The notes: generated from the letters alone by a model not told the origin. A stretch of DNA of 64,000 nucleotides from an uncultured Rhodospirillaceae bacterium (GCA_964343605.1 CAYFKJ010000002.1:629176-693175); one strand, 5' to 3'; positions 38,849 to 49,460 are shown, counted from the first letter of the stretch. Numbers and translations: made by a program.

Positions 38849-38945
38849 AGCTTTGCTCCAGGCTAGTTTCTGGCGGCGAGTCTAATTCAAAAAAATGGGG
38901 CGGAACAGAGTTCCGCCCCAGTAAACGCGTGCTTGTACGGTACGA

Positions 38946-40760
38946 CTAGTGCGAAGCGGAGAGCACCGTGGCGCCCTTCGGAATACGCATGTTGTCGACC
39001 ATTGCCTGAGTTTCGGCGTCCGGTTCCGGAGTCATCTTGGAAACGATGATCATGGCAACCAAACTCACCGGCATGCCGATGATACCGAAGCGCAGGTGAT
39101 CGATACCCCACCACATGTCGCCGCCGAGGAAGCGAATGTGGACGAGGTACAGCGTACCCGCCACGAAACCCGCGACCATACCGGCGATTGCGCCTTGGGT
39201 GTTTGCCCGTTTCCACCAGATGCCGAGCACAAGTGGGAAGAACAAACCCGAGCAGGCGAAATCGAACGCCCAGGCCACGGCACCGAGAATGCTCGTCAAC
39301 TTCAGACTGGCGACGAACGCGCCGGCGCCACCGATCCCGACAAGCAGGATACGTGCGACGATAAGGCGTTTCTTGGTGTCAGCTGTCGGATCGATCATCT
39401 TGTAGTAGAGATCGTGCGACAGGGCGTTGGCGATGGCCAGGAGCAGACCGTCGGCGGTCGACATGGCGGCCGCCATGCCACCGGCGGCGACCAGACCCGA
39501 GATCACGAACGGCAGGCCGGCGATTTCCGGCGTTGCCAGCACGACGATGTCGCCGCGCATAAAGAATTCGTTGATCTGGAGTAGACCGTCCCCGTTGCTG
39601 TCGACAATCTTCAGGAAGCCGACGTTACTCCACTTTTGAATCCAGTCGAGTGACGAGACCTCCGAGAAGGCTTTGCCGATGATACCCGTTGCCAAGTTCG
39701 GATCCAGCACCTGCAACTTGGTGAACGTTGCCAGCGCGGGTGCCGTGAAGTACAGCAGGAAGATGAACAGCAGCGACCAGGCCACGGACTGACGCGCGGC
39801 TTTCACCGAAGGCGTGGTGAAGTAACGCATCAGGATGTGCGGCAAGGACGCGGTGCCGGCCATCATACAGGCAACCAGTGTGACGAACTTCCAGCTCGCC
39901 ATGGCGCTCTCTCCCGCCGCGGCGTGCGGAACCGTCAGCGCGCGCAGGCCTGCGAAGGCCTCCGTGGGCTTCAGTTCGCCAACCCTGTGCAATGCTTCAA
40001 GCTCACCCAAGCGGGCCACCGCGTCACCATAGGCGAACTGCGGAATCAAGCCGAAGCCCTGCTTGCTGGACATCCAGAACACCGGAATCAGGTAGGCGAT
40101 AATCAGCACGATGTACTGCGCCACCTGGGTCCAGGTCACGGCCCGCATACCGCCCAGCATGGAGCAGAGCAGGATGCCGAGAAGACCGAACCAGACGCCA
40201 ACCTCGAACGGAATTTGCAGCGCGCGAGCGGCGATGGTGCCGGTGGCGTTGATCTGCGCCGTCACGTAGGTGAAGGACGCCACCACCAGGATGATCACCG
40301 CGCAAAGGCGGGCCAGGTTACCGCCATAACGCGTCCCGATGTAGTCGGGCACGGTATAGCAGCCAAATTTCCGCAAATACGGCGCCATCAGCGATGCGAC
40401 GAGCACATAGCCGCCGGTCCAACCGACCACGAAGGCCAGGTAGCCGTGTCCGCCGAAGTAGATGCCGCCTGCCATGGCAACGAAAGACGCCCCCGACATC
40501 CAGTCGGCGGCTGTCGCCATACCATTAAAAACGGCGGGTACTTGCCGTCCCGCCACATAGTAAGCTTCGACCTGCATTGTCCGCGACAACCAGCCGATGC
40601 CGGCATAGATGAACACGGTAAACGCAACAAACAAAATGCCGATGGCTTCAGCGCTCAGACCTACTTGCTCCAAGATCGCCATCAACAGGATAAACACGAT
40701 GAAACCACCGGTGTACATCCCGTAAATCTTGGGTAGGTTGTCGATAAATGTGTTCTTCAC
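38946..40760 (-). CDS. sodium:solute symporter family transporter (VC_2705/ActP-like subgroup)
   Basis: About 600 aa, 13-14 TM SSF core (GRQVPAVFNGMATAADWMSGASF...). I prefer the GTG start at 40760, preceded by GGGAGAGG. The track ORF extends to 40841, which would overlap the upstream DUF4212 gene. Confidence 0.85.
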   Translation of the reverse strand: MKNTFIDNLPKIYGMYTGGFIVFILLMAILEQVGLSAEAIGILFVAFTVFIYAGIGWLSRTMQVEAYYVAGRQVPAVFNGMATAADWMSGASFVAMAGGIYFGGHGYLAFVVGWTGGYVLVASLMAPYLRKFGCYTVPDYIGTRYGGNLARLCAVIILVVASFTYVTAQINATGTIAARALQIPFEVGVWFGLLGILLCSMLGGMRAVTWTQVAQYIVLIIAYLIPVFWMSSKQGFGLIPQFAYGDAVARLGELEALHRVGELKPTEAFAGLRALTVPHAAAGESAMASWKFVTLVACMMAGTASLPHILMRYFTTPSVKAARQSVAWSLLFIFLLYFTAPALATFTKLQVLDPNLATGIIGKAFSEVSSLDWIQKWSNVGFLKIVDSNGDGLLQINEFFMRGDIVVLATPEIAGLPFVISGLVAAGGMAAAMSTADGLLLAIANALSHDLYYKMIDPTADTKKRLIVARILLVGIGGAGAFVASLKLTSILGAVAWAFDFACSGLFFPLVLGIWWKRANTQGAIAGMVAGFVAGTLYLVHIRFLGGDMWWGIDHLRFGIIGMPVSLVAMIIVSKMTPEPDAETQAMVDNMRIPKGATVLSASH

Positions 40761-40794
40761 AGAACCTCTCCCATTCTTCCCAATTTTCGGGGTG

Positions 40795-41067
40795 TTACTC
40801 TTCTTCGTCCTCGGCGACGCCGAATTCGTTGTCGATGGCATCCTGGCGCCTTGCGAGCCAGAAAATCAGAACAACAAAGACGATGAGAGATCCTTGAGCT
40901 GCCATATAGAACCCGAGTGGGAAGCCAAGGAAGGAGACGGAGTTTAGTGAGTCGGCGAACCAGTGCACGACAAAGGAAAAGATGAACCAAAGGACCAGAA
41001 CCGTGATCGTAAGGCTCTTGGTCTTGGACCAATGTGCTGCAAGCACATTAGGGTCGGTTTCAGCCAT
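40795..41067 (-). CDS. DUF4212 small membrane subunit associated with sodium:solute symporters
   Basis: 90 aa with two TM helices and an acidic C-tail (...AEDEEE), immediately upstream of the SSF gene. This is the canonical DUF4212-SSF pairing. Confidence 0.75.
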   Translation of the reverse strand: MAETDPNVLAAHWSKTKSLTITVLVLWFIFSFVVHWFADSLNSVSFLGFPLGFYMAAQGSLIVFVVLIFWLARRQDAIDNEFGVAEDEEE

Positions 41068-41286
41068 TATGAAGCCCCCTTTGAGGTTATGACCAAACGA
41101 CCGCGAAGACGCTATATGTTGTGCCCCCGCAATCGACTCAATCCACCTATCGAGCCGTCACTCCCTAATCTTATTTTATCGGCGATCTTTCACTGCCGCC
41201 GTTGGTTATGATTCGTTTTTGGCTCGACAAGCGAATATTCTCTTCTACAAGCACGCGGATACTACTCAAATTTGAAAGCAGAATCT

Positions 41287-42042
41287 ATGCTTCGTTCGTT
41301 AGCCCTCGAACTATTAAAATTTAAGAATTCGTTAAAAGAGGTCGCTTTCTACGTTTTTCTCGCCCTCAAGGCGTTGCGCTTCTGGCGCCGCGAACCCCCC
41401 GTTACTTCGCCGGACGAACTCGCCCGGTACGCCGATACACGGTCGAAATTCGTAGCCCAGACAACGCTGTACGGCTACCTAAAGACCCGTTCGGGCACGC
41501 TTTACCGGTCATTATTCGAGGACGAAAAGTTCGCCAACTCCATCAACATCGCCAAATGGGAGATCTATCTGGCTTGTCTCTGCGATTTCGCCATTTACGC
41601 CACGGCGCGTGTCGGTCTCACGGCGGGTGCCACGGACGAGGAATTTCAAGGCCTTGCCCGCTACCTCGTTTCGTCTGTCCTCGAGGCAGAGGAAATTCCC
41701 GCCGAGCGGCCCGACGGCTTCGACGACGTGCGTGAGGCCTTCGACATACGGATCAGGGGCGTTCTCTGGCGCGATACCAGCGAAAGCGACGATTTCTTTG
41801 CCGCCAGCCGCAAAGCGCTGGTCAAATGGGCGCCGATTGCCGACGAGCTCAAGGACCTGGATACCGAAATCGTCGAGAACTCGATGTATTTCAAGTGGAA
41901 GCAGGTCCGGGGACAGTTTACCGAATTGCTTGAGGCCCAGGCGGTGCTCGAAGCTTGGCAGGAGCAGGCTAAGAGCACCGCGTACGAGGGCGAGCGCCAG
42001 GAATTGATTTCGGAGACTTCCGTCACACCGCAAGAATCATAA
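41287..42042 (+). CDS. hypothetical protein (no recognisable domain)
   Basis: 251-aa ORF with coding-like composition and a low-GC 5' end. 25 nt upstream of the CBS-DUF294 gene. Confidence 0.45.
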   Translation: MLRSLALELLKFKNSLKEVAFYVFLALKALRFWRREPPVTSPDELARYADTRSKFVAQTTLYGYLKTRSGTLYRSLFEDEKFANSINIAKWEIYLACLCDFAIYATARVGLTAGATDEEFQGLARYLVSSVLEAEEIPAERPDGFDDVREAFDIRIRGVLWRDTSESDDFFAASRKALVKWAPIADELKDLDTEIVENSMYFKWKQVRGQFTELLEAQAVLEAWQEQAKSTAYEGERQELISETSVTPQES

Positions 42043-42067
42043 GAAACGGAACGGGGACCGGAACCCG

Positions 42068-43525
42068 ATGACCACCGCCACCGACATCTTTTTCAAACGG
42101 GTCGACCAGCACGCCGACGGACAGCCGGCGGAGGTGCCCGCCGAAACAACGCTGCGGGAAATTGTCGGACTTATGGCCACCGGCAAGTACACCGCCGTTA
42201 TCGTGGTGGACGGCGACCGGCGACCCGTCGGAATCATTACCGAGCAGGACATCGTCCGCCGCGTCGCCTTCAATGCCGATCCCGATCAGCCGGCGCCGGA
42301 TATCATGACCCGGCCTGTCCACACGATCGGCGCTCGGGAGCGCTTGTTTATCGCCATCGCGCGCATGCGCAGGCTCGGGCATCGCCACATGCCGGTGGTC
42401 GACGGACATGGCCGTCTTTGCGGTATTTTAGATCTGCACGACACGATGGTTCATGCCGCCGGGAACCTGATCGGTGAAATCGAGGAACTGACGCAGGACG
42501 ATTCGATCGACGGCTTGACGGAGATTAAGGCCGCCCAGGTCGACGTGGCCGACCAGATGCTGCGGGACGGCGTTTCGGCCAGTGAGATCCAGACCCTGCT
42601 AAGCCACGTCAACAACGACATCTACCGGCGACTGACGGAGTTGAATCTCGCGGCCCTGGCGGATGAAGGCAGCGAGCCGCCGGCGGGTTTCAACGTCATC
42701 ATCATGGGATCGGGCGGGCGCAGCGAAAACTATATCTACCCCGATCAGGATTTCGGTTTCATCGTGGCCGACTATCCGGACGACCGGCACACCGAAATCG
42801 ACCAATGGTTTATCGAGTTGGCGGCACGCGTGTCCGACGACCTCAACAAAGTCGGTTTGCCTTACTGCACCGGCAACGTCATGGCGACCAATCCTTTGTG
42901 GCGAAAAACCGTCTCGCAGTGGAAGGGACAAGTCGACTACTGGAACCGGCGCGCAAATGTCACGGCGCTTATCAGTTTCGACATCTTCTTCGACTTTCAG
43001 GCCTCGTGGGGCGATCCCTCGTTGGCGGCCGAGCTGCGCAGCTATGTGACGAAGGTGACGAAAGGGAACGAGCCGCTCCTGCGGGCGCTCTATACGGCGG
43101 ATCGCGACCACGGTACGGCACGCCGCTGGTTCGGCCGCTTCGCCACGGAGAAGAAGGACCCGGCGCATCGCGGCGAAATCAATCTCAAGCTTTACGGCAC
43201 CCTGCCTTTGATCGAGGGTGTACGCATGCTGGCGTTGCGCGAAGGCGTTGAAAACACCGGCACCTTAAGGAGGTTGGATGTTCTTCTGGCGCAAAACGTC
43301 GTCACGCGCGACGAGTTCGACGATCTCACCAGCGCCTACAAGACGATTTGCGATCTTTTGCTTCGTCATCAAATCGAGGACTTCAAGATCGAGCGCAAGG
43401 TTTCGGGGTTTGTCCATCCCAAGAAGCTCAGCCGGTGGCAAAAGCGCCGGCTCCGCGAAGCTTTCAAGGCCGTTGAAGGTCTGCGCCAGCGCATCAACTT
43501 CGAGTTCGGCGGCGAGATCTTCTAG
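42068..43525 (+). CDS. CBS-pair + DUF294 putative nucleotidyltransferase (GlnD/GlnE-like pol-beta NTase) with DUF294_C substrate-binding domain
   Basis: Two CBS motifs (AVIVVDGDRRPVGIITEQDI; MPVVDGHGRLCGILDLHD), the NTase signature GSGGRSENYIYPDQDFGFIV (GS...D.D) and a helical C-domain. Confidence 0.75.
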   Translation: MTTATDIFFKRVDQHADGQPAEVPAETTLREIVGLMATGKYTAVIVVDGDRRPVGIITEQDIVRRVAFNADPDQPAPDIMTRPVHTIGARERLFIAIARMRRLGHRHMPVVDGHGRLCGILDLHDTMVHAAGNLIGEIEELTQDDSIDGLTEIKAAQVDVADQMLRDGVSASEIQTLLSHVNNDIYRRLTELNLAALADEGSEPPAGFNVIIMGSGGRSENYIYPDQDFGFIVADYPDDRHTEIDQWFIELAARVSDDLNKVGLPYCTGNVMATNPLWRKTVSQWKGQVDYWNRRANVTALISFDIFFDFQASWGDPSLAAELRSYVTKVTKGNEPLLRALYTADRDHGTARRWFGRFATEKKDPAHRGEINLKLYGTLPLIEGVRMLALREGVENTGTLRRLDVLLAQNVVTRDEFDDLTSAYKTICDLLLRHQIEDFKIERKVSGFVHPKKLSRWQKRRLREAFKAVEGLRQRINFEFGGEIF

Positions 43526-44505
43526 AACCGCTCCTGCATCTTTCGCACGTGCTCGATTTTTGAGCTGGCGTCGACCACCTGCCTGAGCGTCGTGATGCCG
43601 CGCGCCTCCAAACGCTGCATCATCTTCAACAGGATCTTGGCGGTGGCAATGCTGTCGCCCAGGGCGGTATGCCGGCCTTCGATGGAAATGCCCATGCGCT
43701 CGGCGATGGCATCCAACGAGTGGTTATGGCTTTCGTGTTCGAGGAAGACGTTGATGAGCAACGTGTCGAGAACCAGATTGGGAAAGATGACGCCTGTTTC
43801 CTCTTCCTTGAGCTGAAGGAAGCGCATGTCGAAAGCGGCATTGTGGGCAACCAAAATGGCATCCCCAACATAGTCTCGAAACGACGGCAGGACATCGCCG
43901 ATGCGATCCTCGGCCGCCACCATGTCGTCGGTGATGCCGTGGTATTTGATCGACAAGGGCGGAATGGTCATGCCGGGATTGACAAGCCTGGAGTACACGT
44001 CCGCCTCGTTCAGCTCGCCATTGTCGATGCGGACGGCCGCGATGGAGATGATTTCGTCGCCGTCGGAGGGTCGCAGGCCCGTAGTTTCCGTATCGAACAC
44101 CACGAAGTGGAGGTCCTTCAACAACTTGCCTTGGATTTCGTCCCAATGCATGGGCTGGGAGTGATCGTCGAAATCATAAAACTCGGGTCGTGCCGGCAGG
44201 CTACGGTGATCGGTGTTTCGGGCAACCAGCAATCGGTCCGCCATCAACCAGAAAGCGGCTGTCGCGAACAACGCCAAAGCCAAGATCGACCATAGATAAC
44301 GAACAGATACGCCCGGACTGCCGTCTGCCAACTGATCGGACAGGAGCCAGGCCGTAACGCTGATCAGCACGGCCAGTATCACAACCACGCCCGTGAATGC
44401 CAACGCGACAATGCGACGGATACTCATACCTCTAAACTGGCGAATGCGATCCATACGGCGAACCCAAACATTACTGTCGGCTGCGGAACGATGCCCGCGC
44501 ATCAT
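43522..44505 (-). CDS. membrane-anchored DEDDh 3'-5' exonuclease (DnaQ/PolIII-epsilon-like)
   Basis: Two N-terminal TM helices, then Exo I FDTETTGL...D, Exo II HNAAFDMRFL and Exo III H..GDSIATAKIL. Convergent with the DUF294 gene and overlapping it by 4 nt. The true start may be an internal Met. Confidence 0.75.
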   Translation of the reverse strand: MMRGHRSAADSNVWVRRMDRIRQFRGMSIRRIVALAFTGVVVILAVLISVTAWLLSDQLADGSPGVSVRYLWSILALALFATAAFWLMADRLLVARNTDHRSLPARPEFYDFDDHSQPMHWDEIQGKLLKDLHFVVFDTETTGLRPSDGDEIISIAAVRIDNGELNEADVYSRLVNPGMTIPPLSIKYHGITDDMVAAEDRIGDVLPSFRDYVGDAILVAHNAAFDMRFLQLKEEETGVIFPNLVLDTLLINVFLEHESHNHSLDAIAERMGISIEGRHTALGDSIATAKILLKMMQRLEARGITTLRQVVDASSKIEHVRKMQERF

Positions 44506-44863
44506 AGTTGATCTTTATGCGAATGCAGAGATATCACGGTAAGCTGATTGTTGGATCCAAATTGACGGTTCAACTTAAGCCCCGGTCGTGGTACCTAAAT
44601 AGCGTCTAAAATTTCGATAGGCTGCATCGATCAGGGGGAGAGAATGACGCTGCAGCCAAACTGGCGAAGTGTGGCATATTTTGGTTGCTGCCTTTTGTCA
44701 GGGGATTTCCGTTTCGAAAAAAATCGCTTGAGATTTGTATGCCGGTGGGCGTCCGGCTGTGTGGTCCGCGTTGCTCTCTCACAGTCTATCGGCGGAGTCG
44801 ATGCGTATTGGGACCGGCCCCGCCCAACAAACAAGAACTCAAAACGATAAACAGGAGGAGTGC

Positions 44864-45979
44864 ATGTCCAAATCGAAAGTCAAATCGTCCCGCCGCAAAT
44901 TCCTGAAAGGAATGGGCGTTGCGGGCGGTGCGGCGGTAGCCGGCACAATCGCTGCGCCGAACATTGTGCAAGCCAAGACCAAGGTGCTCAAGGTGCAGGC
45001 AGCCTGGGGCGGCGGCATTTTCCTTGAGAACGCCAAAAGCTACGTCAAGCGCGTCCATGACATGGCGGGTAAGGACCTGAAGATCGACCTCTTGTCGGTC
45101 AACTCCGTGGTCAAGACCAGCCAGATGCAGGATGCGGTGCACCGCGGCGTCCTCGACGGCGCCCACTACGTGCCGGCCTACTGGTATTCGAAGTCCAAGG
45201 CCGCGTCGTTGTTCGGCACCGGTCCTTGCTTCGGCTGGTCGGCTCAGGAGCTACTGGGTTGGATCCATTACGGCGGCGGTATGGAACTCTTCAACGAGTT
45301 GATGGGAAGCCTTCAACTCAATCTGGTGAGCTTCTTCAACAGCCCGATGCCGGCGCAGCCCTTGGGCTGGTTCAAGGAGGAAATCAAAGACGCCTCCCAG
45401 ATGAACGGCCTGAAGTACCGCACGGTCGGCCTAGCCGCGGACGTTCTATCCGTTATGGGCATGTCCGTCGCGCAATTGCCGGGCGGTGAAATCCAGCCGG
45501 CCATGAAATCAGGCCTGATCGATGCTGCCGAGTTCAACAATCCGACTTCGGATAAGGACTTCGGCATGCAGGACGTTTCGAAGCACTATCATCTCGCCAG
45601 CTTCCACCAATCCCAGGAAGCCTTCGAGATTACCTTCAACAAGAAGACGTTCGACGCACTGCCCCAGGAGCATCAGAAAATTCTCGAGTATGCTTCCGAA
45701 GCGGAAAACTCGAACTTCTACTGGCACAACACACTGCGTTATGCCGACGATCTGATCGTGCTAAAGGAAAAGAGTGGCGTGAACGTCTACCGCACACCCG
45801 ATTCCGTGATGCAGGAACAGTTGAAGGCTTGGGACGTCGTGGTCGACCGTATTTCCGGAGAAGATCCTTTCTTCGCCAAGGTCGTGGCCTCGCAAAAAGC
45901 CTACGCCAAGAAAGTGATGAACTACCTGCTGTTGAACCAGCCTGACTACAGCATGGCTTACAGGCATCACTTCGGTTAA
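44864..45979 (+). CDS. TRAP transporter substrate-binding protein (DctP family, Tat signal)
   Basis: SRRKFLKGMGVAGGAAVAG twin-arginine signal with a DctP-like body. Start moved to MSKSKV (GGAGGAG RBS). Confidence 0.8.
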   Translation: MSKSKVKSSRRKFLKGMGVAGGAAVAGTIAAPNIVQAKTKVLKVQAAWGGGIFLENAKSYVKRVHDMAGKDLKIDLLSVNSVVKTSQMQDAVHRGVLDGAHYVPAYWYSKSKAASLFGTGPCFGWSAQELLGWIHYGGGMELFNELMGSLQLNLVSFFNSPMPAQPLGWFKEEIKDASQMNGLKYRTVGLAADVLSVMGMSVAQLPGGEIQPAMKSGLIDAAEFNNPTSDKDFGMQDVSKHYHLASFHQSQEAFEITFNKKTFDALPQEHQKILEYASEAENSNFYWHNTLRYADDLIVLKEKSGVNVYRTPDSVMQEQLKAWDVVVDRISGEDPFFAKVVASQKAYAKKVMNYLLLNQPDYSMAYRHHFG

Positions 45980-46091
45980 ACAAAACGGCAATCATTGGTC
46001 GATCAAACGATGAATGATGAATGTTTGGGATAGGGACAGCCAAGGGGCTGTCCCTGTTCTTTGCTTCGACGAGTAGAACGGGAGAAAGCGC

Positions 46092-46658
46092 ATGAGAGCC
46101 GTCATTCATGCCATCGAAAGCCTCAACATCTGGATCGGACGCGCATTTGGTTGGTGCATCGTGATCTTGACGTTGTCGGTTTCGTACGAGGTTTTCGTGC
46201 GCTATGCCCTGAACGCTCCGACAGTCTGGGCCTTCGACATGATGGTCCAAATGTATGGTGCGCTTTTCCTGATGGCCGGGCCTTATGCCTTGGCCCAGGA
46301 CGGTCATGTCCGTGCGGACGTGGTTTACCGGCTAATTCCGGTCGAGTGGCAGGCCCGGTTTGATTTCTTTCTGTACATCATTTTCTTTTTCCCCGGCATG
46401 CTGGCGCTATTCTGGTACGGCGCCGAGATCGCCAGCGATTCCTGGCGTTACCAGGAGGTAAGCTGGAACAGCCCGGCCCGCATCCAGATTTATTTCTTCA
46501 AAACACTGATCCCCATTGCAGGCGGACTGCTGATCGTCCAAGGCATTGCCGAATGCATGCGCTGTTATCTCGCCATCAAAACCGGCCGTTGGCTGGAACG
46601 CCTGGAGGACGTCCAGGAAACCGAGAACGTCCTTACCCACGAAGCGGGACTCGATTGA
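46092..46658 (+). CDS. TRAP transporter small permease (DctQ)
   Basis: About 188 aa with 4 TM helices, located between DctP and DctM. Confidence 0.75.
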   Translation: MRAVIHAIESLNIWIGRAFGWCIVILTLSVSYEVFVRYALNAPTVWAFDMMVQMYGALFLMAGPYALAQDGHVRADVVYRLIPVEWQARFDFFLYIIFFFPGMLALFWYGAEIASDSWRYQEVSWNSPARIQIYFFKTLIPIAGGLLIVQGIAECMRCYLAIKTGRWLERLEDVQETENVLTHEAGLD

Positions 46659-46713
46659 GCCCCAAGAACCAACACCGTCCGATCGTTGTCGGAGTGACGG
46701 AGTACGCCAAAGA

Positions 46714-48081
46714 ATGACAAACCCCGAAGTCGCCATTCTGATGCTGAGCTTGTTCATCCTGCTCGTGCTGCTTGGATTCCCCATAGCCTTTACATTGGTC
46801 GCCATGGGCGTGGGTTTCGGCTACTACGCCTATTACGACCCCGACCGGATCGACGTATTTTCCGATCTCTTCGACAACCAGATATTTTATCTCCTGAATC
46901 AGAATACATACTCCGTGATGGAGAACGACACGCTTGTCGCTGTGCCGTTGTTCCTATTTATGGGCTACGTGGTCGAACGGGCGGACATTGTGACGCGACT
47001 GTTCTCGTCGCTCAGGTTGGCTGCCCGCAACATGCCGGGATCCATGGCGATCGCGGCATTGATAACCTGCGCTGTGTTCTCCACCGCCAGCGGCATCGTC
47101 GGCGCGGTCGTGACCCTGATGGGCCTATTGGCCTTTCCGGCGATGGCCCAGGCCAACTACAACAAACAATTCGCATCCGGCGTAATCTGCGCCGGCGGTA
47201 CCCTGGGCATTTTGATCCCGCCCTCGATCATGCTCATTGTCTACGCGGCGATTGCTGAACTGTCGCCGCTCCGGCTTTACGCCGCCGCAGTGTTTCCGGG
47301 ATTCATGCTGGCCGGGTTCTACATTCTGTATGTGATGGCTCGCGCCAAGATCAACCCGTCACTGGCGCCGAAACCTCTTGACGAGGAGGTGCCGCCGAAG
47401 AGCGAAATTTACATCTCTCTGCTGACGTCGTTCGTGCCGCTAACGGTCCTTATCATGATGGTGCTGGGATCCATCCTCGGCGGCCTTGCCACTCCCGCGG
47501 AAGCGGCCGCGATGGGGGCCTTGGGCGCGGTCATCCTGGCGGCGCTCTATCGCTCCCTGACCTGGGAGAAAATGAAGGAATCGGTGTTCCTCACGGCCAA
47601 GGCGACCGCCATGGTCTGTTGGCTGTTCGTCGGCTCTTGGACCTTCGCGGCCGTGTTCTCCTATCTCGGCGGCCACGACATCATCGAACACTGGATCGTG
47701 TCGTTCCAGTTGGAGCCCTGGCAGTTCCTTATCCTGGCTCAGGCCATCATCTTCCTGCTGGGTTGGCCGCTGGAGTGGTCGGAAATCCTGATCATCTTCG
47801 TACCGATCTTCCTGCCCATGCTGGATACTTTCGGCGTCAATCCTTACTTCTTCGCCATGCTGGTCGCGCTGAACCTGCAAACCTCCTTCCTGACTCCGCC
47901 CATGGCGATGTCAGCCTATTATCTCAAGGGGGTTCTGAAGTCGCAGATCGAGCTGATGGACATCTTCAAGGGCATCATGCCCTATCTGGCCATCGTCATC
48001 TTTGCCATGGTTCTGATGTACCAGTTCCAAGGCTTGGCGCTGTGGTTCCCGGACTACCTGTTCGGACCGTACATTCCTTAG
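46714..48081 (+). CDS. TRAP transporter large permease (DctM)
   Basis: 455 aa polytopic DctM-like protein. Start moved to MTNPEVAILM; the track ORF starts upstream inside the dctQ overlap. Confidence 0.85.
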   Translation: MTNPEVAILMLSLFILLVLLGFPIAFTLVAMGVGFGYYAYYDPDRIDVFSDLFDNQIFYLLNQNTYSVMENDTLVAVPLFLFMGYVVERADIVTRLFSSLRLAARNMPGSMAIAALITCAVFSTASGIVGAVVTLMGLLAFPAMAQANYNKQFASGVICAGGTLGILIPPSIMLIVYAAIAELSPLRLYAAAVFPGFMLAGFYILYVMARAKINPSLAPKPLDEEVPPKSEIYISLLTSFVPLTVLIMMVLGSILGGLATPAEAAAMGALGAVILAALYRSLTWEKMKESVFLTAKATAMVCWLFVGSWTFAAVFSYLGGHDIIEHWIVSFQLEPWQFLILAQAIIFLLGWPLEWSEILIIFVPIFLPMLDTFGVNPYFFAMLVALNLQTSFLTPPMAMSAYYLKGVLKSQIELMDIFKGIMPYLAIVIFAMVLMYQFQGLALWFPDYLFGPYIP

Positions 48082-48105
48082 TTTTGAGTACATACGGTCA
48101 AGCTT

Positions 48106-49434
48106 ATGTCTCTGCATTTCAAATCGGCCACGGAAGCGACTGCCGACATCAGGGCGGGCGAGTACTCGTCCGAGGATTTGGTGCGGGACTGCCTCAACCG
48201 GATCGATGCGACCGACGCTGCGATCAAGGCCTGGGTGCACCTCGATCCCGATCAGGCCCTGGCCCAGGCGAGATCGCTGGATGAGATGCGCCAACAAGGA
48301 AAGCCGCTCGGGTCCCTTCACGGGGTGCCCGTGGGTATCAAGGATATCTACGATACCGCCGACATGCCGACCGCGTACGGTTCGCCGATCTACAAAGATC
48401 GGCAGCCCGCTGCCGATGCAACCACCGTGGCCAAGCTGCGCCAAGCCGGCGCCGTCATCATGGGCAAAACAGTGACGGCTGAGTTCGCCTTCGTAACCCC
48501 CGGGGAAACGACCAATCCGCACGATCCGGATCATACACCGGGCGGCTCCTCCAGCGGTTCCGCGGCGGCTGTGGCGGCAGGCCACGTCCCCCTGGCCCTG
48601 GGCAGCCAAACCAACGGCTCGGTCATTCGTCCGGCGTCGTTTTGCGGAATCGTCGGCCTCAAACCGAGCCGGGGCATGATCTCCCGCCACGGTGTTTTGC
48701 GGACCTCGGAGACCCTGGATCAAATCGGCGGCTTCGCCAGGACGCTGGAGGATATTGCACTTCTGACCGACGCCTTAACGGGCTATGACGCAGCCGACGA
48801 GGCCACCTACGCCCGGCCCAAGCCGAATTTCTCTGAGGGTAGTCGGGAGGAGGCTCCTGTCGAACCTTCGCTGGCCTGGCTTGAACTGCCGTACTACGAA
48901 CGTCTGACAGACGATGCGCGGAGCGGGTTCGCCGAATTGCGGGAAGCGCTCGGCGATCTTGTCGAGGAAGTGGCCTATCCCGACAGCCTCGGTGACGTGA
49001 TCGATCATCACCAGGTTATTCACGAGTACGAAGTGCGCCGAAATTTGGCCGATGCCTACGAAAAAGCGCCGGACCAGATTAGCCCGCAACTCATGGAAAA
49101 GATCGAGCATGGCGGCAGCTACACCGAGGAGCAATACACCGGTGCGCTGGAGGCAGTCGCCGACACCGGCGCCTACTTCGCCGAGTTCTTCAACGACTAC
49201 GACGCAGTTCTGACGCCTGCAGCGTCTGGCGAGGCGCCGGAAGGTCTGGGCTGGACCGGAGATCCTATCTTTTGCACAATCTGGACGTTCTGCGGTCTGC
49301 CGAGCTTGTCGCTGCCGCTGTTGCAGGGTGAAAATGACCTGCCGGTCGGCGTGCAACTTGTGTCCGGGTTGGAGGAAGATGCACGGCTTTGCCGTACGGC
49401 CCGTTGGTTGATGGAGCATATATCGGACGGCTAA
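48106..49434 (+). CDS. amidase-signature (AS) family amidase
   Basis: Ser-cisSer-Lys signature region GGSSSGSAAAVAAG and KD.YDT, the GatA-like fold. Confidence 0.85.
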   Translation: MSLHFKSATEATADIRAGEYSSEDLVRDCLNRIDATDAAIKAWVHLDPDQALAQARSLDEMRQQGKPLGSLHGVPVGIKDIYDTADMPTAYGSPIYKDRQPAADATTVAKLRQAGAVIMGKTVTAEFAFVTPGETTNPHDPDHTPGGSSSGSAAAVAAGHVPLALGSQTNGSVIRPASFCGIVGLKPSRGMISRHGVLRTSETLDQIGGFARTLEDIALLTDALTGYDAADEATYARPKPNFSEGSREEAPVEPSLAWLELPYYERLTDDARSGFAELREALGDLVEEVAYPDSLGDVIDHHQVIHEYEVRRNLADAYEKAPDQISPQLMEKIEHGGSYTEEQYTGALEAVADTGAYFAEFFNDYDAVLTPAASGEAPEGLGWTGDPIFCTIWTFCGLPSLSLPLLQGENDLPVGVQLVSGLEEDARLCRTARWLMEHISDG

Positions 49435-49460
49435 GTTTGCCCGTTCGTGGAGGAGATCAA

